A stretch of 64,000 nucleotides of DNA from Hemiscyllium ocellatum. Its lineage: Eukaryota. The stretch is taken from NCBI RefSeq assembly GCF_020745735.1, contig NC_083409.1, forward strand, positions 17,938,341-18,002,340, in the 5' to 3' direction. Positions 24,430 to 36,599 of this stretch are shown in pieces (positions within the stretch are counted from its first letter, which is position 1; the number at the start of each line of letters is the position of its first letter). The position numbers and the translations under genes were made by a program. The notes beneath the pieces are model-generated. The model saw only the letters and a program-made list of their open reading frames with translations, did not search any database and had not been told where the DNA came from.

Positions 24430-27200
24430 AATGCATTAATAAATAATGTAAATAATTGAGGTGTGCGCACACATTCCTATTGGACACCACTGGTCACATC
24501 CTGCCAATTTCAGCACTTAGCCATGATCCCTATTTTCTGTCACCTGTCACTCAAACCAATTTCGGTATGGCAGTATTTTAGCCTCAATTCGTGGATTTCT
24601 AACTGAGTTGACAGTTTCTTACATGATTTTATCAATGCCTTCTGGAAGTCCCCATAAACAACATCCATTGACATTACTGTGTCCAGTAATTTTGTTTCCT
24701 CTTAAAAAATGTTCAATGAGATTTTTCACCATGACCAACTTGTCATGAATTCATGCTGATTCTCCCTGATTAACTAACCATTTTCAAGGTCATCAGTTAC
24801 CCCCATCCTTGATTATAGACTCCAACAATTTCCACACCACAAACGTTGGCTGAGTGACCTGTAATTCCCTGGCTTTTCTCTAACATCCTTGTTAAATGTG
24901 AAATGAAATTTGCAATTTTCCAGTTCAGAGGTACGACTCCTGAATCCAGGTAACTCTGAAAGATTATAGTCAGGGTATCTGCAATCTGGTCTATTATTAC
25001 TTTATCACCCTCAGGTCCTGAGGATTTGTCACTCTTTAGTTCCATTATTCTCCTCATTACACATGCTATATTGACATTAACTTTATTCAGGTGTCACAGT
25101 AGTTAGCACTGCTGCCCCACAGCACCAGAGTCCCAGGTTCAATTCCAGCCTTGGGCAATTGCCTGTGTGGAGTTTGCACATTGTCTGCATGGGTTTCCTC
25201 CTACTATCCAAAGATGTGCAGGTCAGGTGAATTGGCCAAACTAAATTGCCCATAATGTTAATTGCATTAGTCAGAGGGAAAATGGGTCTGGGTGGATTAC
25301 TCTTCGGAGGGTCAGTGTGGACTGGTTGGGCCAAAAGGCATGTTTGCACACTGCAGGGAATTTTATCAGTCCCTGACACAGATCCTCTGTTAATTCCTTT
25401 TGGACTTCAGGCAAGTCCTCTTCCTTTTCTGCTGCAAATCTTGAGGTAAAGTATTTATTTAACATGGCTGTCATTTCCCCATTGTCACTGACAATTTCCC
25501 TCACTTTCAGTCTTTCATGGTCAATATTGCTCCTGACCTCCCAGCTTCCCTTTTATGGAACTGTAACATTTCTCCTGATTGATTTGTTATCCCTTACATG
25601 TTTCCTTTCAGAATCCCTTTTGGTAGCTCTTAGAAGCTGATATGGGGCCCTTTTGTATCCTTCCTCCCATTCAGCGGAATTTGTCCTTATTTTTTGCTTT
25701 TCTGTCAGCCTTTTTCAAACATTTTATTCTTTCCCTGATCTCTTTAATTGACCATTGTTTTTGTTCGCTTTTCCCTCTCAGGTATAAAGTGACTTTGTTT
25801 TATGTTGAAGTTTCCTTTAAATATTCCCCACTGTTCTTCAGTTGTTTTACCCATGAGCAGATTTTCCCAGTTTACTGTGGACTGTCTCTGTCGCATCTCG
25901 TTAAAGTCGACCCTTACCTTAATCTCAAAATCGAGCAGCTGATTCATGCTTTTTACTTTCAAATGCGACACTGAACTAGATCATGTTATGATCACTATTT
26001 GATAAATGTTCATGCACAAATAGTTACGAACTAAATCTGGCTCATTATTCATTACTAATTCCAATATTGCTTGTCCCCTTTGTTGTATCCAGGACCTATT
26101 GCTGTTGGAAACTATTCTGGACACACAGCAGCAATTCACTCTACCTTTCTGACAGAGGCTTTGTCTGTCTCTCCCAATCTCAGTGAAGTTAAACTTCCCT
26201 TAATAATACACTGGCTTTGCTACACACTTGTCTAGTTCCTCCATTTATATAATCCAGCACTCAGAGCTGCCTGTCAGGGGGGTCTGTATCCAACATCTAC
26301 TACAGTTTTAGATCCTTTCCTGCTCCTCATTCCACTGAATGTTTCTCCTCATTATGACCTCCCTCACCATTGAAAGCCATTTTTTCCCTCATCAATAAAG
26401 CTGCTCCACCTCTTCTGCCATTTCCCATATCAGAGTTATCAAGACCTCTCTTTCTTTATGCTCCCCCAATCTGAGTGGCCTCCTGGACCATGGTGCAGTG
26501 GTTTCCTTCGTTCATTCATAGGAAATGGACATCTCTGGCCAAGCCAGCAATGACTGCCCGTAGGAGTCATCGAATTATAGAATCCATACCGTGTGAAACA
26601 GGCCATTCAGACCAATGAGTCCACACCAACATTCTGAGAGCATCCCACCCAGACTTGTCTCCCTACCTTATCCCTGTAAATTCTGCATCTCCCATGGCTA
26701 ATGCACCTAACCTACACATCCCTACATTTTCCCGAGTTTAGACATTATAATTTCTGCTCTATCTTTATCTTTTCATATAATGACTTTGAAACTTACAGAG
26801 TTATGGTCACTATCACCAAAATCCTCAAACTACATTTGCCCATTCTCGACAATCCTTTTCCTCATTGACACAGGGAGCAAGTACCTCATTCCTGTTGGAC
26901 AAGGAGCTGAGGCACCTGTAAGGCTAAATCCAGGCTGCATCGGCCTGTTCACTTTTGGTCACACCCTCCTGTCCCTGACCACTGGCCATAATTTGAAGTA
27001 TTTAACCTACAAGGTGTGACTGTCTCCCCAAACACAGTTTCCAGGTAACTCTCCCCCTCCCTGATGTGTCGCAGTGTTTGAAGCTCAGATTCCAGCTCAT
27101 CAACTCGGAGCTGGAGTGTCTTGAGCAACCAACACTTGCTGTAGATGTGGTCACTCTGAGCTACAATGGGCTCCACCACCTTCCCATCGTACAATTACTA
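24430..27200 (-). mobile_element. Fragmented CR1 LINE (ORF1, endonuclease, RT) with nested SINEs
   Basis: SKCWLLKTLQLRVDELESELQTLRHIREGESYL (ORF1); DFNEMRQ...VNWENLLMGKTTEEQW..FK; MELKSDKSSGP...WKIAN (RT). Confidence 0.7.
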
Positions 27201-27654
27201 CACATCGCCTGGCCCTGTATGTGGAAATTATTTGAGGAGATTTTAATTTAAATTTTAAAATTTGCTGCTGGTCTTTAGTTTTTAATCTGTAAAATATTTC
27301 CGTCAGGAGACAGAGAAGATGCCAGCACAGGAGGAGGCTGTTCAGCTCCTCGTGTCAGTGCTAGCTGTTTACGAGCCTCAATCACAATGAACATCTCCAT
27401 TGAATGTCTGTTGTCAGGAAGTGATTGAGTCTGTTTTTAAAGCAGAATAACGGACAAATATGAACTGGTCCGAGAGAGACAGCATGGATTGACAAAGGTT
27501 CAGACATCTTTAAAATAACCGGATTACACTTTGTTAGGAGCTCATAGTTTGGGATATAAGGGAATGTCGATGGCTATTGTCTATCGGGACTTCCAAAAAA
27601 CATTTAAGTATGTTCCACAAAAGAAGCATTGATTCAGATCTTACACTCCACAAC

Positions 27655-27689
27655 CATCTGATGAAGGAGCAGTGCTCCAAACGCTAATA
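27655..27689 (+). ncRNA. Degenerate hammerhead motif, GGAGC/GCTCC family
   Basis: CAT-CTGATGA-A-GGAGC AGT GCTCC-AAAC-GCTA. Relatives at 21207-21245(+), 35893-35927(-) and 56771-56805(-). Confidence 0.5.
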
Positions 27690-28079
27690 CTTCCAAACAA
27701 ACCTGTTGCATTAGAACCTGGTGTTGTGTGATTTTTAACATTTACATAACAGTCCAACACTGGCATCTCCTAATCATGGAATTGATGGAATTTGAGAAAT
27801 GCATTTACCTTGGGTCAGGAATGGGTCTGTCTAGGAGACAGAGAGGAAGGATAATGTGCGTGTGTTCCAATGAGACAGATGTGAGTAGTGTATTCCCAGG
27901 GATCTGTGCTGGGACCTCAGCTTTTCACGATATTTCTCAATGATTTGGATGAAGAAACAGAGAGCCATATATCCAAGATTATTGATCACACTGAGTGAGG
28001 CAGCTTGGAGGAGGTCACAGAGATAGGGAGGGTGGAACAACAGGGAGCAGATTGAGAACAAGGATGAGAATTTAAAATC

Positions 28080-28470
28080 GAGGTGTTGCTGGACCAGGAG
28101 CTTATGTCAGTCAGTGAGGATTGTGGTGGTCATGGTGGGGTGGGGAGGTTGGGCAGGGGTATGGGTGTGACTTGGTGTGAGTTTGAAAACAGACAGCAGA
28201 GTTTGGGATGAGCTGATGTTTACGGAAGTCAGTGGCTGTGATGTGGGCCTGGATATCATTGGAATGGTCACAAAAATATGGTTGAGATTTTCAGTGGCTG
28301 ATAATTGTGATGTGGAGGATTTGGGCCTCAAATCAGCCCCAAAGATGAGGCCAAAGTTGTAAAGAGTCTGGTTGAGCAGCAGATAGTGCTCGGGAGAGGG
28401 ATGGAGCTTGTACCAGGAGCTGAAGAGGATGGCTTTGATCTGCCAATGTGTTTCCCAGTGAGCCTGGCTC
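28080..28470 (-). mobile_element. L2-like LINE RT C-terminal fragment
   Basis: Minus strand LNQTLYNFGLIFGADL resembles the L2 VRNLGVIFD region; heavily decayed. Confidence 0.45.
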
Positions 28471-29829
28471 CTCAGTCCTGACTGCTCTTAGTTGCTGTGA
28501 TTGTCACTGATTGGACACTTATTATTAGAGTTTCTGACCACAGCAGAAAGCCCCAGTGTAAAAAATAAATGCAAAGACTGTCAGAGCACAAGGTTGAAAC
28601 TTCATCAAGAGAGGAAGTGAAAGAAGGAGCTCGGAGCAGCTGGGTGTTTGTTACTGAGATGGGAGAAAACTGTAAACTGTCTGCACTCCCTGGAATCTGA
28701 CAGCACAGGAGGAGGCCATTCAGCCCATCATGCCTTTGAATGACCCAGTGAATCCCACTGCTCCCCTCTCTCTCCCCATAACCCAGCAAATCTTTCCTTT
28801 ACAGCTCAATCTCCAATTCTCTCTTATAGACCTCATGTCCACAGAGTGAGACTGCCCTGAACCTGGGCTTCAAATTGGCATCTCATTCATTCATTGGGAG
28901 ACAAACTGCCTGGGCTGGGAAATGGAGTTCAGGACCTGAACATTCCTCTCCCCTCCTGAGGGACACTTCATTTGGTTTTGCATATTCACTTGTGGGAAGT
29001 GGCTTCACCGGCTGGGCCAACATTTTTTACCCTGTCCCTAGTTGCCCTGGAGAAGGCGGTGGGAACCTGACTTTTTGACTATAGTCCACAAGACGTAAGT
29101 TGACCCACAATGCTGTTGGGGAGAGAATGCCAGCATTTTAACCAGCAAGGCTGAGGGATCAGCGACATATTTCCAAGTCAGGATGCTAAGCTTTTTCGAG
29201 GGGAACTTGCAGCTCACAGTGTTCCCATGTATCTGCTGCTCTTGTTCTAAATGGAAGTGAACGTGGGTTTGGAGGGAAACTAAAAGAACTGCAGATGCTG
29301 TAAATCTGAGACAAAAATAGAAAGTGCTGGAAAAGCTCAGCAGGTCTGGCAGCATCTGTGAAGAGAAATCAGAGTTAATATTTAATGTCAACCCGAAATG
29401 TTAATTCTGATTTCTCTCCAAGATGCTGCCAGACCTGCTAAGCTTTTCCTGCAATTTCTATTTTTGTCCATGGGTTTGGAAGGTGCTATCTGAAGATCGG
29501 TGATGAATTTCTGCAGTGCATCTTATCAATAATACACACTGCTGCGACGGAGCGTCAGTGACATTGAGTTTGGATGCTTTGAGAATGCGATGCCAATCAA
29601 GGAGTTTGCTTTGCTCTGGATGGTATCAAGCTTTTTGAGTGGATAAGAAAGACATAGGATACAATCGACATAGATAGGAAAGGTTTCAAGGAATATGTGT
29701 GAAATGCAGGCAAATAAGATGAGTTCACTTCAGAAAACCTGGTCAGCATGTAGAAGTTTGGCTTAAGGGTTTGTTTCTGTGCTGTATGACTCTGTGACAC
29801 TGTCAATCTATGAATGTTGTTGGAGCTGC

Positions 29830-30960
29830 ACCTGTCCAGGCAATTGGGGAGTATTTGCTCACACTTCTGATTGGTTGTCAGGCTTTGGGGTATCAGGAGG
29901 TGAATTACTGGATGCAGTATTCCTAGCCTCTAACTTGCTCTTGTAACCACTGTGTTTCTTTTGTGAATCCAGTTGTGTTTCTGGTCAATGGCACCTCAAG
30001 AATGTTGATCGTGGGGATTCAGTGATGGTAATAGCATGGATTGTCAAGGGTCGATGTTAAGTTTGTCTCTTATTGGTGATGGTGATTGGCTGGCATTTGC
30101 ATGGCACCAATGGGAAATGTCACTTCTTAGACAAAACCTGGATATTGTCCAGATATTGTTGCATTTGCATGTGGACTGCTTCAGTATCTGTGGAGTTGAG
30201 AAGAGTGCTGAGCATTATGCAATCTTTGCCAATCATCCCCATTTACAAGTTTGCCTTGAGTTGCAATATCTGTTCGGAGTCTGTCCTATTAGTACGGTGA
30301 TAGTACCACACAACACAATGGAGGGGATTCTCAATGTGAAGGTCAGACTTTGTTTCCACAAGGACTGTGTGATGGTCACTCTTACCAACACTGTCAAGGA
30401 CAGATGCACCTACATCCACAAGATTGGTGAGGATGGGGTCAAGCATCTTTTTCCATCTTTTGGTTCCAGCTGCAGAGCCAGTCCCTCAGCTACATCCATG
30501 AGGAACCAACCAGCTCGATCAGTAATGCTGCTGCCGAGCCACTCTCATGGTGGACATTGAAACCCCCCACCCAGAGTACACTCTCTGCTGTCATCACCCT
30601 CAGTGCTTCCTCTAAATGTTGTTCAACACCCACGGGAGACTGATTCATCAGCCGAGGGAGCAAGATACCTTGTAATCACCAGGAGGTTTCCTCGCCCATG
30701 TTTAACCTGGTGTCATGAGGTCCAGAGCCAACTTTGAGACATCCCAGGGTAACTCCCTTCTGGCTGTAGACCACTGTGTCATCAGCTCTGCTGGGTCTGC
30801 CTTTCTGGTGGGACAGGACACATGCAGGGACAGTGATGGTAGTGTCTGGGACATTGTCTGTATGGTTCTGTGAGTATGACAGTGTCAGTCTGTTGCTTGA
30901 GTCATCTGTGAGACAGCTCTCCTGAATTTGGCACTAGCTCCCAGATGTCAGTAAGGAGGA
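29830..30960 (-). mobile_element. LINE endonuclease region, degenerate
   Basis: G.FNVHH, LDPILTNL, SVGKSDHHTVLVET, VVWYYHR motifs. Confidence 0.65.
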
Positions 30961-31959
30961 TGGAGCAGGGTAGACAGGACTGTTTCTGTCATAATCTTTT
31001 CGGTGTCTAGATCGATGCCTGTGGTCCGTCCGGTCTCATTTCTTTGTTTAAACATTGTCATAATTGATACAACTGAGAGCCCTGCTCGGCCATTTCAGAG
31101 GGCACTAGAGAGTCAACCACATTGCTAGAGGACAGCGCCGTGTACCCCGCAGTACATTCCACCTCCCCCACTTCCCCATTCTGTATATGGAAGGCGGAAG
31201 CCTGCCAGCAGGATATTCAACCGCAGGAGCTATCACAGCCTGTGTGCAATTCTGCCCCCACATTAAATCCACACAAATCTTGAATTCACATAGCAACTTC
31301 AATGTCCAAACATTCCACGAATGTTCACAAAGTTGCAGTAAGAGGGATTGGGGAGAGGGTGGAGGAACATAAGAACTAGGAGCAGGAGCAGGCAATTCAG
31401 CCCCTCGAGCCCACTCCACCATTTAATACAATCATGGCTGATCCCATCTCAGACTCAACTCCACTTTCCTGCCCACTCTCCATCATCCTTTAACCCATTA
31501 CCCATTACATATCTGTTCATCTCCTCCTTGGTGTGAGACAGGGAAGGGACCACTCCATTCAGAAAAGACTGACCATGGAAGGGGAAGGAGAGGGGAAGGG
31601 ATTGGAACATGTTGTGAATGGACAGGATGGGTCAGTGGGTCAGAGCTTGTCCTGTGCCTCCAACTCACACTGATGATCTGAGGATCTCCTCTCTCTGCTA
31701 GGCCTTCATGGAATGAGGTTTGTGTCCAAATCAGTCCCCAGTGAGAATAGGCCAACAGCACAGAACTGCACAGAACTGCCCTTCATTTGACCAGAATCTG
31801 TCCATCTTCCTGGAGAGGCCAAACCCTGGTCAACGTGGAAATAGGGCCTTACTCCAGGAGAAGACAGGGGTCAAGGGTTAACATCCATTAGTGGAGCAGA
31901 GCAGAGGGAGATTTATCCTGCATTCAACTGTCACCACCCAGGACACTGTCAGAAAGAGA

Positions 31960-32559
31960 GAGCAGTGAGACAGAGAGAGATGGAGGGAAAAATAGTGAGT
32001 GTGGGCGTGCGTGTGTGTGAGTGAGAGAGAGAGAAAGAAAGAAAGAAAGTGAGAGAGAGAGAGATAGAGGGACGAGCATCTGATACGGTGTAATATATGT
32101 GAGGGGACCAGAGAGTTAGAGGGAGGTAGAAATGGTGAGGCTGAGGGATAGAGAGTGAAACAAGATGTGAGACAGTGTGACTGAGAGGGATGGAGAGAGA
32201 GAGAGAGACAAGGAGAGAGAGAGAGAGAGTGAGAGACAGGATGGGTGTGAGACTAAGCATGAAGAGAGTTGAGAGGGAGGGTAGAGTTGAGTGTGAGAGA
32301 GAGAGATGAGTATGGGTAGATTTATAATGACAGAGAGAGAGAGGGAGAGAGACTGTAAATTGGGATTCGAGAGGGAAGGAGAGAGAAAGAGGTAGGAATA
32401 GACAGTGACAGATAACAATTGGAGGCTTTTAATTGAAATGAGAGAGGGAGCGAGTAACAGAGACAGTGAGAGATGGAGAAACAGATGATAAGATGGAGTG
32501 AGAATGCATCAGTGAGTTGGAGAGAGTGGCTATGAGACAGAGTGTGTGTGTGTGTGTGA

Positions 32560-32595
<36 letters not shown>

Positions 32596-32690
32596 ACATG
32601 AAAGAGATTAACAGTGGGAGAGAGAGCTAGAGGTAGAGAGAAAGAAATGGCAGATGTGAGTCAGAGAGAGAGAGGGACAGGTCCTGGTCA
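31960..32690. repeat. GA/GT-rich low-complexity tract
   Basis: Interspersed (GA)n and (GT)n runs ending about 1.1 kb upstream of the V promoter. Confidence 0.9.
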
Positions 32691-33741
32691 CCACACTCTG
32701 GGAAGAATGTGATTGTACCTGAGAGGGTACAGGGGAGATTTCCCAGGATGCTGCCTGAATGTGAGCTTTGAGCAGTGAAGGCTTAACAGGGACCTGATAG
32801 AGAGGGATAAGATTATTCAGGACAGTGATAGGGTGGGTAGGATGGCACTTTTTACATGAGTAAAAGACTTAAAAACCTGGTACAGAGATTGAAGGTAACA
32901 CAGACGTGGACACGTAGAAACTTGGAGCAGCAGTAGGCCATTCGGCCCTTGAGTCTGTTCTGTCATTCAGTATGATCATGGCTGTATCAATTTTTGAATG
33001 TCATCATTTCTTCGAGGGTCAGTGTGGGCTTGTCGGGCCAAATGGCCTGTTTCCACACTGTAGGCATTCTATGATCTATGGCTGATCCTCTCTCTCAAAG
33101 CCATATTCCTGCCTTCTCCCCATTCTCTTCAAGCTGTTAAAATGCAAAACAATTATCTCTCTTGTTTTCCTGAATATATTCAGTTCCTTGTCCTCCACAG
33201 CCTTCAGTGGTAGAGAATTCCACAGGTTGACCACCCTCTGAGTGAAGAAATGTTTCCTCATCTCAGTCCTAAATGGTCGACCCTGTATCCCCCTGAGCCT
33301 GTGTCCCCTGGTTCCAGACTCCCCAACCAGGGGAAACCTCCTCCCTGCCCAGCCCTGTTACAATTTTATATGTATCAATCAGATCCCCTCTCATCGTTCT
33401 GAACACGAGTGAGTCCATGGCCAGGCGAGTTGGAGAATTGGAGAGTGAGAGGAGAGTTGAGAAGAAATGTTTTCACCCAGAGCGTGGTGGGAGTCTGGAA
33501 CTCACTGTCTGAAAGGCTGGTTGAGTCACAAACTCTCGTGACATTGGAGCAGTGTTTAGATATTCCCTTGTGTTGCTGTAACCTCCAGGGTAACGGGCCA
33601 AGAGCTGGAGGATGGGATTAGTGTCATCAGATCGCTGTTTACCAGCACAGACACAATGGGCCAAATGGCCTCATTCAATGTTGTTCACATCAATGACTCT
33701 GAGACAGAGAGAGAGAGAGAGAAGAGAGAAGTGTGAGGGGC

Positions 33742-33821
33742 TGACGTGGCTCTCTCTGCCTGATGCCATTTACATACTGAGGAACACCCAGTCAGACTCT
33801 CACAGGCTGCAGCTTTATAAA
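33742..33821 (+). promoter_or_regulatory. Ig V-kappa promoter: CRE-like site, octamer variant, TATA
   Basis: TGACGT 33742-33747, ATTTACAT 33768-33775 (one mismatch to the octamer ATTTGCAT), TATAAA 33816-33821, about 60 bp before the leader ATG. Confidence 0.7.
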
Positions 33822-33881
33822 GCAGAGCCCAGTGAAGGGAGAGTTTATCAGGAACCAGGCACAGGGACAGGAGCACACACC

Positions 33882-33930
33882 ATGATTTCACACATACAGC
33901 TGATTTGGCCCCTGGCATTCTGTGTCGCAG
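33882..33930 (+). CDS. IGKV: Ig kappa leader exon (L1)
   Basis: ATG at 33882 gives MISHIQLIWPLAFCVA(G), with a phase-1 GT donor at 33931. Confidence 0.92.
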
Positions 33931-34116
33931 GTACAAATCTCTCTCCTTCCACCTTGAATCTTTCGCTGCTCTCCATCTCACTCCAATTCCACTGACTTGT
34001 GATTGAAGGGAAAATGCTGAAACTAGAGGAATGCTCAGTGTCTCCAACAATCTCTCATTTGACCGGCTCTTTCTGTGACAGTTCTGACTTCACTGTGTTT
34101 CTCTCTGATCCCTCAG

Positions 34117-34415
34117 GTATCAGTGGGGACATCACCATGACCCAGTCTCCCCCGGTGCTGTCAGTGGGACTGGGCCAGACCGCAACCATCACCTGTAAGG
34201 CCAGTCAAAGCATTAGCAGCTCCCTTGCTTGGTACCAGCAGCGAGAAGGTCAGAAACCCTCTCTCCTGATCTATGCTGCAACAACTCGATTCACAGGAGT
34301 CTCCGATCGATTCACCGGCAGTGGATCAGGGACCAGTTTCACCCTGACAATCAGCAACGTTCAGAATGAGGATGTCGCTGACTATTACTGTCAGCAAGCT
34401 TACAGCTACCCTCGA
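34117..34415 (+). CDS. IGKV: Ig kappa V exon (L2 + V), open frame, unrearranged
   Basis: CCTCAG acceptor, then [53 protein letters not shown]...[16 protein letters not shown]. Both Cys and the Trp are intact; resembles nurse-shark NS4-type kappa. Confidence 0.97.
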
Positions 34416-34443
34416 CACAGTGACACAGAGCTGTACAAAAACC
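34416..34443 (+). promoter_or_regulatory. 12-RSS (perfect consensus)
   Basis: CACAGTG + 12 nt (ACACAGAGCTGT) + ACAAAAACC. Confidence 0.97.
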
Positions 34444-34877
34444 TCAACACGCACAACACCACCTCCTGGACTGACACATCGCAGTTACATAAAATGTATA
34501 ATAATGAACACACAGTCTCACCGCCTGAAGTGATATATCCAGTTAGATCTGAATGAAACTGATCAAATTACCCCAAACTGGGATTTCCACTGTCCACGGC
34601 ACACTCCCGTCCCTGTGGTGTCTCAACGCTCACTGAAGGCCTCAAGTTTCCCTCTTACACGACATGGCCACATGTGAAGAGCTGCCTCAAGATTTAACAT
34701 CGAAAAATAAATTTCACCATCCTCCCGAGCCCAGCTGGAAACAACCCAGAGAGACAGAGAGAGAAAGACACATGAAGGAGGGAGAGACAAAGAGGGGCAG
34801 GGAGAGGGTGAGAGTGAGCGATAGACACACAGAGACAGAGAGAGGTTGACAGTGATAAGAGGGAAGCAGAGAGCTGA

Positions 34878-34915
34878 GGTTTTTGTACAGCCTCTGCACT
34901 GGAGCTCTCACTGTG
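34878..34915 (-). promoter_or_regulatory. 23-class RSS with a 22-nt spacer
   Basis: On +: GGTTTTTGT 34878-34886, spacer 34887-34908, CACTGTG 34909-34915. Confidence 0.93.
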
Positions 34916-34950
34916 GCTTACGTTCGGTAAAGGAACCAAGCTCAGACTGA
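34916..34950 (+). CDS. IGKJ: Ig kappa J segment
   Basis: LTFGKGTKLRL with the FGxG motif and a phase-1 donor GTAAGT at 34951. Confidence 0.95.
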
Positions 34951-35325
34951 GTAAGTAAACCTCAATCCTCTGTTATTAACCCTTTCAATACTGAAACACA
35001 CTTTCTAAAATACAGTTGCTGATTTGTTGAAGGTGTTAGTGGAAAGCTGCAGAGAATGAAATGGTTGATTGAGGAGCACTGTGTCGAACAGGGTGTCCAG
35101 CTGTATTTCTTTACTTTCATGCCCTCTTTAAAAAACGCAAGATATAAGTCAGTAAGTTTTACTCACTGTGTAGAGGAGCTCTGTCCATTTGCAGTCTGTG
35201 GTCCCATTCCTGCAGCATGGAGTGAAATCAGTGAGTAGCCTCCTGCCAGTCTCAGTGTGACGGACACGGGGCAGAGTTTGATGTGAGCTCTGGCTCCCTG
35301 TCCCAGTCTCTGATCTCACTGACCT

Positions 35326-35352
35326 CAGCAGCAGCAGCAGCAGCAGCAGCAG
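35326..35352 (+). repeat. (CAG)n trinucleotide run
   Basis: About 9 CAG units in the J-C intron. Confidence 0.9.
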
Positions 35353-35892
35353 CACAGTGAGACACCGAGCTCCCACCTCCCCCAGCTTTAACTCTGCTCA
35401 ATCACACAATCACAGAACTTTTACAGTGCACAAGAGACCATTCCGTCCATCCTGTTTGGACTAGCTCTCTGAATGAGCAATTCACTGAGTGTCATTCTCC
35501 TGCCTTCTCCCTGTCACCCTGCACATTGTTCCTTTTCAGATAACAGTCTCATTCCCTTCGGAATGTTTCAATTGAAGCTGCCTCCACCACACTCTCAGGC
35601 AGTGCATTCCACACCTTAACCACTCACTGGCTGAAAATGTTTTCCCTCATCTCACTTTTCTTTCTAGTCCAATTACTTTCAATCTGTGGCCTCTCGGTCT
35701 CAATCCTTTCACAAGTGGAATCATTTTCTCCCTATTTACTCTGTTCCAGGCCCCTCCTGATTTTGAATTTCTGGAACAATTCTCCTCGCTGCCTTCTCCA
35801 AAGACTTGAAGGTGCCGGTGTTGGACTGGGGTGGACATAGTTAAAAATCACACAACACCAGGTTATAGTCCAACAGGGGGTTTATTCGGAAG

Positions 35893-35927
35893 CACTAGCT
35901 TTCGGAGCGCCCCTCCTTCATCAAATG
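35893..35927 (-). ncRNA. Minimal hammerhead motif with AGCT palindrome
   Basis: Minus strand CAT-TTGATGA-A-GGAG GGGCG CTCC-GAA-AGCT-A-GTG (C3 changed to U), within a foldback at ~35846-36000. Confidence 0.55.
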
Positions 35928-36599
35928 GTTGTCAGCGGCGCTCCAAAAGCTAGTGCTTCCACATTAACCTGTTGGACTATAACCTGATGTTGTGTGATCT
36001 GTAACTTTCTCCAAAGAAGACAGTCCCAGATTCTCCAATCTATCTTTATAACTGATATTCCTCATCCCTGGAATGATCTTTGTGCATATGTTTGCCAGCT
36101 CCACAAAACATTCACCTCCTTCCTGCATTATTCACATTATTTATGTCCCTCATGATTTTATAAACCCCTATAAGGTCACTCCTCAGCCTCCGGCACTTCA
36201 GGGTAAAAGATCTCAGCTTTTCCAGCCTCTAATGGTCACGGAGTCATACAGCGTGGAAACAGATCTTTCAGTCTAACTTCTCCATGCTAACTAGATATCC
36301 AAAACTGACCTCATCCCATTTGCCAGCATTTAGCCCACATCCCTCTAAACCCTTCCTATTCATGGACCCATCCAAACATCTTTTAAATGCTGTAATTCTA
36401 TCCATCTCCAGCACTTTCTCTGACAGCACGATCCGGACACGCACCACCCTCTGTGTGACAAGTTACCCCTCAGGTCCCTTTTGGATCTTTTGCCTCTCAT
36501 CTTAAACCTACACCCTCTAGTTTTGGTTTCCCTTTCCCAAGGCAAAGACCTGGGATGTACACCCTGTCCATGCCCGTCATGATTTTATAAACATCTATA

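Noticed and set aside
33999-34556. 185-aa ORF as a single-exon gene
   Set aside because: It is intron read-through plus the V exon and RSS. The real start is the leader at 33882.
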